Below are positions 57,460 to 64,000 of a stretch of 64,000 nt of DNA, piece after piece. Numbering within the stretch: position 1 is the stretch's first letter; each line of letters starts with the position of its first letter. Origin of the DNA: Candidatus Aenigmatarchaeota archaeon (GTDB lineage Archaea > Aenigmatarchaeota > Aenigmatarchaeia > CG10238-14 > SCSR01); contig JAWBTW010000001.1 in NCBI GenBank assembly GCA_039000165.1, positions 13,179 to 77,178 of the forward strand. Reading direction: 5' to 3'. The translations under genes and the position numbers were made by a program. Under the pieces are notes generated by a model. It was given only the letters and a program-made list of their open reading frames with translations, was not told where the DNA came from and searched no databases.

Positions 57460-58338
57460 ATGTTTGAAGAAATTTCCATTCTTGTTGCTCTTTTTGGTTC
57501 TTCTCTTGCCGGAATTTGGGATTTAAAAACTACAGAAATTCCAGATTCCATACCTCATGCTATGATTTTTATTGCTTTATTGATTGCCTTAGCAAGAAGC
57601 TTTTATGAACAAAGTTTTTTTCCTTTTGTTTACAGTTTAGCTTGCGGTACTATACTTTTTGTTTTTGGTTTCGCTCTTTACTATTCAGGGCAATGGGGTG
57701 GAGGAGATGCTAAAATTTTAAGTGCTATTGGTTTTCTAATTCCAAACATAATTAAAACCTCTTGGTTTGATAGGATTTTGCCTTTTCCTTTCAGCGGAAT
57801 GGTGAGCTATACTCTAAACGTTTTCTTTGTGGGAACAGCCTACATGCTAGTTTATTCTTTTGTTCTTGCCTTAGTGAACAGGAAAATACTGAGTTTTTTC
57901 TCTAGAGAGGTAAAGGCTAGCGCAAACTTGATAGCAATTTTTAGTTTAGCTTTGTTCTTTATTTTTGTTGCGCTCAATTTTTATCTTTGTCATATTTTTG
58001 AAGTTTCAATAAACTTTCAGTTTTTAATGGTAAATTCCTTACTCCCCTTAGTTTTAACCTTGGGAATTTTCTTGATTTGGAAATTTACAAGGTCTGTGGA
58101 GGAAGTTGGCTTCAAGAAAAGGATTCCTGTTTCAAGGTTGAAGGTTGGTGATGTTTTAGCTGAAAGTAAATTGTGGGAGGGTATAACTCAAAAAGAGCTT
58201 ATAAAGATTAAAAAATCTGGGAAAAAGTATGTAACGATAAAGGAAGGTGTAAGGTTTGCTCCTGCTTTTCCTTTAGCCTTAGTTTTCACGCTTTATTTTG
58301 GGGATGTTTTCCCCTTGATATTCAGGGTTTTGGTTTAA
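57460..58338 (+). CDS. Type IV prepilin/preflagellin peptidase (A24 family) with an extra C-terminal domain
   Basis: GQWGGGDAKIL (GGGDxKLL signature) and first Asp in WDLKTTEIPD; multi-TM. Confidence 0.6.
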   Translation: MFEEISILVALFGSSLAGIWDLKTTEIPDSIPHAMIFIALLIALARSFYEQSFFPFVYSLACGTILFVFGFALYYSGQWGGGDAKILSAIGFLIPNIIKTSWFDRILPFPFSGMVSYTLNVFFVGTAYMLVYSFVLALVNRKILSFFSREVKASANLIAIFSLALFFIFVALNFYLCHIFEVSINFQFLMVNSLLPLVLTLGIFLIWKFTRSVEEVGFKKRIPVSRLKVGDVLAESKLWEGITQKELIKIKKSGKKYVTIKEGVRFAPAFPLALVFTLYFGDVFPLIFRVLV

Positions 58339-58342
58339 AAAT

Positions 58343-59002
58343 TTGAAAAACCAAATATATGTTATGGGCTTGAATTTCAGGGATTTTTTCGATTGGTTCT
58401 TAGGCTTGTTTGGGCATAAAAAGAACATAAGGTTAGGAATATATGGGGAAACTAACGTAGGAAAGACAACTCTTGCCAATAGGATTTCTCTTGACTGGAC
58501 GGGAGAAGAAGTCGGAAAAGTTTCTGAAATTCCGCATGAAACAAGAAGTGTTCAGAAAAAAGAAAGAGTTGAGATTAAAGTCAAGAATAAAAAAATAATC
58601 CTCAACCTTCTGGATATGCCAGGCCTAGCAACAAAAGTTGATTACAGAAGCTTTTTGAAGTATGGGCTATCTAAGAAAGAAGCAAAAAAGAGAGCGAGAG
58701 AGGCTACAGAAGGGATAATAGAAGCAATTAAATGGTTAAGCAACGTTGATGCTGTTTTAGCGGTTATGGACGCTACCCGCGATCCTTTAACCCAAGTTAA
58801 CATCACTCTTTTGGGAAATCTAGAAGCAAGAAAGATTCCTGTAATTATTGTAGCTAATAAAATCGATAAGAAAAGAGCAAAACCTCAAGCCATAAGAGAG
58901 GCTTTCCCGCAATATCCTGTGGTCGAAGTTTCTGCTTTAAAGGGGAAGAATATGAACGAGCTTTATGAGGCTATAGCTAAGTATACAAGGCGAGCAAAAT
59001 GA
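58343..59002 (+). CDS. Small P-loop GTPase (Era/EngB/Ras-like fold)
   Basis: G1 GETNVGKTT, G3 DMPGL, G4 ANKID, G5 SALKG. Confidence 0.65.
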   Translation: MKNQIYVMGLNFRDFFDWFLGLFGHKKNIRLGIYGETNVGKTTLANRISLDWTGEEVGKVSEIPHETRSVQKKERVEIKVKNKKIILNLLDMPGLATKVDYRSFLKYGLSKKEAKKRAREATEGIIEAIKWLSNVDAVLAVMDATRDPLTQVNITLLGNLEARKIPVIIVANKIDKKRAKPQAIREAFPQYPVVEVSALKGKNMNELYEAIAKYTRRAK

Positions 59003-59397
59003 AGTTGAAGATAGATTTTGTTTCGTCTGCAACGCTTGACGGAAAACCAAGAAAGGAAAGGATTAACTTCATTCTTAACAAAGTAAAAGACGGCTCTATA
59101 TTAGTTATGGACGGTGTGATGAGTCCTGACGAAGAGCTCGACTTGATAAGAGAAACTATGAGAAGGGTTGATGATGGTTTTCCGGGAATAGAAGTTTGCA
59201 GCCTGAAAAGGAAAGTTAAAGGGTTCCAACTATTTCTTGAAAGAATTTCCGACCATACGTTAAAGTTAAGAGAGCTTCTTACAAGAAAGCCGAGCGAGAA
59301 AAAGCTAAAGGAAGGGATAACCTTAGTTGGGCCGGCAAAATACATAAAGAAGATTAAAAAGAATCCTAATTCCTTTTCAGTTCTTACCGAGGTTTGA
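58999..59397 (+). CDS. Conserved archaeal protein (DUF2073-like) co-transcribed with the GTPase
   Basis: 132 aa, 4-nt overlap with the GTPase gene. Confidence 0.4.
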   Translation: MKLKIDFVSSATLDGKPRKERINFILNKVKDGSILVMDGVMSPDEELDLIRETMRRVDDGFPGIEVCSLKRKVKGFQLFLERISDHTLKLRELLTRKPSEKKLKEGITLVGPAKYIKKIKKNPNSFSVLTEV

Positions 59398-59400
59398 ATC

Positions 59401-59799
59401 ATGCACAAATGCATAAGATGCGGGGAAATATTTCAGGATAACGATGAGTCTATTCTTCGAGGTTGTACGCATTGCGGCTCAATATTTTTCCTTTACTTAA
59501 AAACTCTTGATGAAAGTAAACAACTAGAAGAGATTGAAAAAGAACTTGAGGAAAAAGAAACAACTCTTGAAAAAGAAATAGAAAAGAAAATAGAAGAAAT
59601 AAAGAAAGGGGAAGTTAAGAGAAAGGGAAGAAAAAAGAAGTTTGGGGTAGAAACCATAAGAATTCCGAAAGAAGGAGTTTATGAAATTAACCTCGATGCT
59701 CTAATGAAAAAAAGGCCCTTGATAATTTTGGAAAAAGGAAAAGTTTATTTTGTTCACCTGCCTTCGGTTTTTGAGAAGGAGCTTGAAAAAAACTCATAA
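59401..59799 (+). CDS. Zn-ribbon protein (CxxC...CxxC) with Lys/Glu-rich coiled-coil
   Basis: HKCIRCGEIF...GCTHCGS. Confidence 0.45.
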   Translation: MHKCIRCGEIFQDNDESILRGCTHCGSIFFLYLKTLDESKQLEEIEKELEEKETTLEKEIEKKIEEIKKGEVKRKGRKKKFGVETIRIPKEGVYEINLDALMKKRPLIILEKGKVYFVHLPSVFEKELEKNS

Positions 59800-60171
59800 A
59801 ATTCCAAGCTCTTTATCTTTTTCTACTTTTTCTTTTAGCTCAGGTTTGAGCTCAACTAGTTGAGAAAAAAGCTTCTCTTTGTACTCTCTGGTTATAAGAT
59901 TATCGTCAGCTATTGTTTTAAGGAGAATAAACGTGTCCATACTTACTTCAGGCTTTCTATGATTTTCCTTTTCTAAGCAGCTTTCAAGGCTTATGTTAAA
60001 CGCCTTTCGGCATGCCTCTGCTAAAGTACTTGCAGTAATATTATAGATTTCTGCAACCACAACCTGTTCAGGATAAGCTATTTGTTGCTGTTTTAAGATT
60101 TCATTTTTCATTTTTTCTATGAGCTCGTGAACAGCCTTAAAAACACATTCTTCTCTTTGGCAAGGTAGCAT
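59794..60171 (-). CDS. Hypothetical protein
   Basis: ORF of 125 aa. Confidence 0.35.
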   Translation of the reverse strand: MLPCQREECVFKAVHELIEKMKNEILKQQQIAYPEQVVVAEIYNITASTLAEACRKAFNISLESCLEKENHRKPEVSMDTFILLKTIADDNLITREYKEKLFSQLVELKPELKEKVEKDKELGIL

Positions 60172-60417
60172 TTTCTCAGTAAATATTTTTTCTTTTTCTT
60201 AACTTATTGCTTATGCTAGCGAAGCGCTTCCTTTTGGATTTGAGCAAACCTTTCCTGGATTTGTGTAAAAGCTGCTGTAGTTTGCTTGTAAAATTCAAAA
60301 GTCATGTAAAAGACTACAGCAACCATCAAAAGCATTACTAAAAGCTCCACTAGCACTAATAGTCCTGATGTCATACTTTATATAATGGTTGAACTAATAT
60401 TTAAAGATTACTATCTT

Positions 60418-61935
60418 TTAGTGGTAACTAAATCTAGGAATTTTTCCAAACCTTTTGACAAACTCCTTAGGCCATTTTTTGGGATCCAAACCTTTCTGAG
60501 CAAGAAAAGCCACAACCCATCTCTCTAAACCAATTCCTGAGCAGCCTGTCCAAACTTCTTTTCCACTAGAAGTTTTAAAGTCCCAGGCATCGCTAAACTT
60601 GGTTCCTGCAACAGTTATGTTCTGAAATTCAAGCCATTCAGACTTTTCTCTTGGCCCACGAAAAGGAAGCCAAGCCTCAAAGTCGATAGTTCCCTTTTCT
60701 TTTTCTGCTTGACCTAATTGACCAGCTTGAGCCATGTACCAAGGCGTGACCCATGCCATTCTCCATTCTATGTCTAGAATTTTTTCGAAAACATACTTAT
60801 ACCTTTCAATCAACTTCTCTCTTATTTCTAAGGCTTGTTCTTTTGTTCCAAGCCAGATTAGTTCTATCCTGTGAAATTCACAAACCCTTTCTATTCCGTG
60901 CAAACCCCCTGCTTCCCATCTCATACTTGTTCCAGAAGCATCCCAAACTTTTATTGGTAAATCTTCTTCCCTTAAACTTTTTTTCTCAAAGTACCAGTAA
61001 AAAGGCGGACATTGAGCAAAACATACTCCTAATCTTGGAGGTTCAAGCTTTTCTTTGAGCTGTTCGTAAGGAATTTTATTAGTAACTTTAACGTAATCTG
61101 CAAAATCTTCCCAAGCTGCTGGATCATAAGTTAAGGGTTTACTAACGTAAAAAAATGAATTGGAAGAACCAGGCACATGGCCTGTGCGAAGCCAAACTTC
61201 TAGAGGAGTAACTTTTGGTAAAATGACCTCCTCAAAGTTTAATGGTTTTATAACTTCTTTTATTGCTATTTGTTGCATTGTTCTAAAAATTTTTGTTGGA
61301 ATAGGAGTGTAAAGCCAAACTCCCACATCAAACCTTTTTATCCAGCCAAGCTTTTCCATTTCTTCTGAAGGGTCTTTATCCCAAACAGGTTTTTTTTCCT
61401 TGCTCTTCCATATAAGTTCCCAATGTTCTGATTTTCCTTTGTAATCTTGAAGTTCAATCTTTTCCTCAACTCTTCTTAAGATTCTTTCGACGTAACGATC
61501 TTCTAAGGCAGTAGAATCTAGGTTTTGAAGTTTTATGATTATTTCATTTCCCTTAATCTCCATATCTTTAAACCAGGGGACTTTTATTTGAATTTTTTCC
61601 TTAGGAAGTTTTTTAGGGGAGTATCTTATTTCGTAATACTTTACGAAAATGTTTCTTACTCCTATTCCATAATCTTTACCAAATTTTTCGGAGAGAAAAT
61701 TTCTCAACCTTAAAAAAGCGTCATGCGGCCTCAAGTATGTTGTACCTTCTATCGTAAGCAAGAGCTTTGTGCCTTCTATTGCCCAGTGAACTATTCTTGA
61801 ACCTTCTTGTTCATGAGGCACGCCCTTCCTGAAGAGTTCGCTGTTTATTTCTTTTGCTACAAGCTTAGGAAAATCTAGCTTAACAGGCTCTAAGGGTTTG
61901 CTAAACTCCATCACTCCCTCTAATGTTAGCCTCAT
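60418..61935 (-). CDS. serS: Seryl-tRNA synthetase, apparently of the atypical methanogen type (class II)
   Basis: Class II motif 3 GCSGIGLERWVVAF, motif 2 region RWEAGGLHGIERVCEFHRIE, about 505 aa. Recognition rests on the N-terminal domain pattern (...RKGVPHEQEG...LRLRNFLSEKFG...IGVRNI) resembling methanogen-type SerRS and unlike canonical SerRS. Confidence 0.5.
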   Translation of the reverse strand: MRLTLEGVMEFSKPLEPVKLDFPKLVAKEINSELFRKGVPHEQEGSRIVHWAIEGTKLLLTIEGTTYLRPHDAFLRLRNFLSEKFGKDYGIGVRNIFVKYYEIRYSPKKLPKEKIQIKVPWFKDMEIKGNEIIIKLQNLDSTALEDRYVERILRRVEEKIELQDYKGKSEHWELIWKSKEKKPVWDKDPSEEMEKLGWIKRFDVGVWLYTPIPTKIFRTMQQIAIKEVIKPLNFEEVILPKVTPLEVWLRTGHVPGSSNSFFYVSKPLTYDPAAWEDFADYVKVTNKIPYEQLKEKLEPPRLGVCFAQCPPFYWYFEKKSLREEDLPIKVWDASGTSMRWEAGGLHGIERVCEFHRIELIWLGTKEQALEIREKLIERYKYVFEKILDIEWRMAWVTPWYMAQAGQLGQAEKEKGTIDFEAWLPFRGPREKSEWLEFQNITVAGTKFSDAWDFKTSSGKEVWTGCSGIGLERWVVAFLAQKGLDPKKWPKEFVKRFGKIPRFSYH

Positions 61936-61978
61936 AACGACCAATAAGTTGATTTTAGCTTTTAATCAAATATATTTT

Positions 61979-63274
61979 ATGCCAGAAAGCTTAAAAAGAG
62001 CTCTAACTTTTAAGGATGTGGTAATTCTTGGAGTTGCTATAATAATTGGAGCAGGAATTTACAGCATAATAGGAAAAGCTGCAGGAATAGCAGGCTATTC
62101 AGTTTGGGTTTCTGTAATTTTTGCAGGAATAGTTACTTGTTTTACAGGCCTAAGCTTTGCTGAGATGACAAGCATTTACCCAAAAACCTATGGTTATTTT
62201 AAGCTGATTAAAACTGCTTTGGAAAGTATGGGAGGGAAGGTTTGGGGTTTTGTTGTTCAATGGATTTTAGTTCTAGCTTGCATTTTTGCTATCGCAACAA
62301 TATCCTTAGCTTTTGCTGGCTATTTTTCAAGCTTTATTTATGTCGACAAAGCTTTAGCAGCGGTCCTCATAATTCTTTTTTCAGCCTTTGTTTCTTATGT
62401 GGGAGTAAAGGAATCAGTAAGCTTAACAATTATTTTTTCTACAGCAGAAATTTTGGGCTTGATAGTTGTTATAGTTCTTGGAGTTTTTTTCTTAAAACCT
62501 GACGCTCAAGTTTTGCTGAAAATAAGTTTTGACTATAATGTTATCTATGCAGCATCTCTAATATTCTTTGCTTTTACTGGTTTTGAGCTAATTCCTGCTC
62601 AAGCAGAAGAAACCCAACAAGCAGAAAAATTTGTTCCAAAAGCTATAGTTGCTTCTATACTCATTTGCACGCTGATTTATTGTTTGGTTTCTATCGCAGT
62701 TACAAACTTATTAGAGCCTAACATGTTAGAACTTTCACAAGCTCCTTTGGTTGATGCAGTTTCAGCAAAGTTTGGAAGTAACTTTGGTTGGTTTTTATGG
62801 ATTTGCGCTATAATCTCAATCGTTACAACAGTTTTAGGCGTAACTATAACAAGCTCAAGACTTGTTTATGGTTTGGCAAAAGAAAAACTCTTTCCTGTTT
62901 TCCTTTCAAAAGTTTCTAAAAGGTTTAAAACTCCTAGTCTAGCTATTTTCACAATAGCTTTTCTCTCAGCTATAACCACTTTTTTGATAAAAGATTTGAA
63001 AACCACGGCCGAGATTGCAAACTTCCTCACAATTCTTACTTTTTACTTGGTAAACATTTCTGTAATAGTTTTAAGATGGACGAAGCCAAGAATACCCAGA
63101 GGCTTTAAAGTTCCTTTAAACTTTAAAAACACTCCTATACCTTCTTTAATAGCAAGCATTTTCTGCATGTTTTTGCTCTTTCATTTTCCTTTTGTAATAA
63201 TTTTTAACGCAGTTTTTATCATAGGTTTAGGAATAGTTTTTTACTTTTTGACAAGGGAAAAATTTTTCGCTTAG
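61979..63274 (+). CDS. APC-superfamily amino acid permease
   Basis: About 12 TM helices; GVAIIIGAGIYSIIG N-terminal motif. Confidence 0.7.
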   Translation: MPESLKRALTFKDVVILGVAIIIGAGIYSIIGKAAGIAGYSVWVSVIFAGIVTCFTGLSFAEMTSIYPKTYGYFKLIKTALESMGGKVWGFVVQWILVLACIFAIATISLAFAGYFSSFIYVDKALAAVLIILFSAFVSYVGVKESVSLTIIFSTAEILGLIVVIVLGVFFLKPDAQVLLKISFDYNVIYAASLIFFAFTGFELIPAQAEETQQAEKFVPKAIVASILICTLIYCLVSIAVTNLLEPNMLELSQAPLVDAVSAKFGSNFGWFLWICAIISIVTTVLGVTITSSRLVYGLAKEKLFPVFLSKVSKRFKTPSLAIFTIAFLSAITTFLIKDLKTTAEIANFLTILTFYLVNISVIVLRWTKPRIPRGFKVPLNFKNTPIPSLIASIFCMFLLFHFPFVIIFNAVFIIGLGIVFYFLTREKFFA

Positions 63275-64000
63275 CTTGTAACTTCAAACTGTTTAAAAGT
63301 TTCAACAAGCTTTTTATTTTCAGGTTTTTCGAAATGCTCTCTTATCGGTTTAATTATTTTATCAAGCTCTCTTGCAACGTTTAGCTTTAAGTCTTGGGGA
63401 TGGACTTTTCCTTCTCTAAAAGCTTTTTCCAGCTCTTCATAACTTTCAAAAGTTATGTTGCCGCCATACTTCCTTTCTCTTTCTACTTCAAAACTTCTGT
63501 TTTCTCGGAAAATTATGTACTTTGCAATTTCTAATACAGGATTATTTTCAACTACTTTTTCAGGGCACCAAGCCTTTCTTAATTTTTCTTCTATTTCTTC
63601 CTTTTTATCATGAACAAAGATGCAAGTCCAGGGTTTTGACTTGCTCATTTTTGCTGCTATAGTTTTTTCTAACTTTTCTTTTGTTTTTGTTTCTGGCGGC
63701 TTAGCTAAGCCAGGGAGTAAATGGTGATGAATTGCTATGGGCTTTTTCCACCCTAGCTTAGGAAAAACTTCTCTACATAAAACATGGGCTTTTCTTTGGT
63801 CCATTCCACCATGGGCTATATCTTTGCCTAAGTATTTCACATCAATGCATTGCAAAGGAGGATAAATAAATTGAGAAAAGTCAAGCTTTTCCTTCTCGCT
63901 TCTTCCCATTATCGTTAGGCAGCGAGTAACTCTTGGCAAAGTTATTTTTTTACAAAACCTTACCAAATCTTTCCAATATTCATCGTTGTTATGGTAAAGC
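63271..64000 (-). CDS. tyrS: Tyrosyl-tRNA synthetase (C-terminal about 240 aa; 5' part lies beyond the window edge)
   Basis: KMSKS motif AAKMSKSKP and C-terminus PQDLKLNVARELDKIIKPIREHF, closely resembling archaeal TyrRS; the frame stays open to position 64000. Confidence 0.75.
   Translation of the reverse strand, partial: LYHNNDEYWKDLVRFCKKITLPRVTRCLTIMGRSEKEKLDFSQFIYPPLQCIDVKYLGKDIAHGGMDQRKAHVLCREVFPKLGWKKPIAIHHHLLPGLAKPPETKTKEKLEKTIAAKMSKSKPWTCIFVHDKKEEIEEKLRKAWCPEKVVENNPVLEIAKYIIFRENRSFEVERERKYGGNITFESYEELEKAFREGKVHPQDLKLNVARELDKIIKPIREHFEKPENKKLVETFKQFEVTS

Noticed and set aside
1-64000. CRISPR arrays, rRNA genes, IS elements and transposases
   Set aside because: No regularly spaced direct repeats and no GC-rich rRNA-like blocks were seen, and no ORF has a recognisable DDE, HUH or serine-recombinase motif.

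Overview
This window is a low-GC (about 32-34%) archaeal chromosomal segment with K/E-rich proteins and GGAGGTG-type Shine-Dalgarno motifs; the lineage cannot be assigned from sequence alone.

Coding content is mostly housekeeping:
- Cys-type formate dehydrogenase alpha subunit with mobA.
- UMP kinase, PEP synthase, thyX, glyA.
- A carA-carB-pyrB-pyrI operon.
- metG with a stand-alone tRNA-binding-domain gene, an apparently methanogen-type serS, and tyrS (partial at the window edge).
- The archaeal ribosomal-protein supercluster, split into two divergently transcribed halves: L14e/L34e/DUF106/SecY...S8 on the minus strand at 36.7-43.0 kb, and L3...S14 on the plus strand at 48.6-57.4 kb. Several non-ribosomal small genes are embedded in the plus-strand half (a MazG-like gene, a small membrane protein, a wHTH-like ORF).

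Three tRNA genes are supported:
- tRNA-Thr(GGU), with an 11-nt intron at the non-canonical 29/30 position.
- tRNA-Ser(UGA), with a 59-nt intron at 37/38 whose sequence has the layout of a box C/D sRNA.
- tRNA-Gly(UCC), without an intron.

Other notable items:
- cbf5 carries a 12-nt insertion with an in-frame TGA inside the catalytic GTLDP motif; removing it restores the motif exactly, so I interpret it as a BHB-type mini-intron.
- An operon of three paralogous signal-peptide / C-terminal-anchor surface proteins rich in N-glycosylation sequons, with a divergent small wHTH gene.
- A prepilin-peptidase-like gene followed by a GTPase/DUF2073-like/Zn-ribbon triad.
- A MoaD/SAMP-like ubiquitin-fold protein ending in GG.
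- A compositionally atypical island next to tRNA-Thr.

At least six genes (pyrH, a methyltransferase, the NSUN methylase, the cbf5 N-terminus, a histidine phosphatase, possibly others) are split by +/-1 frameshifts that all fall in homopolymer runs. The pattern suggests sequencing or assembly indels rather than real pseudogenes.

No CRISPR array, rRNA or recognisable transposase was found.
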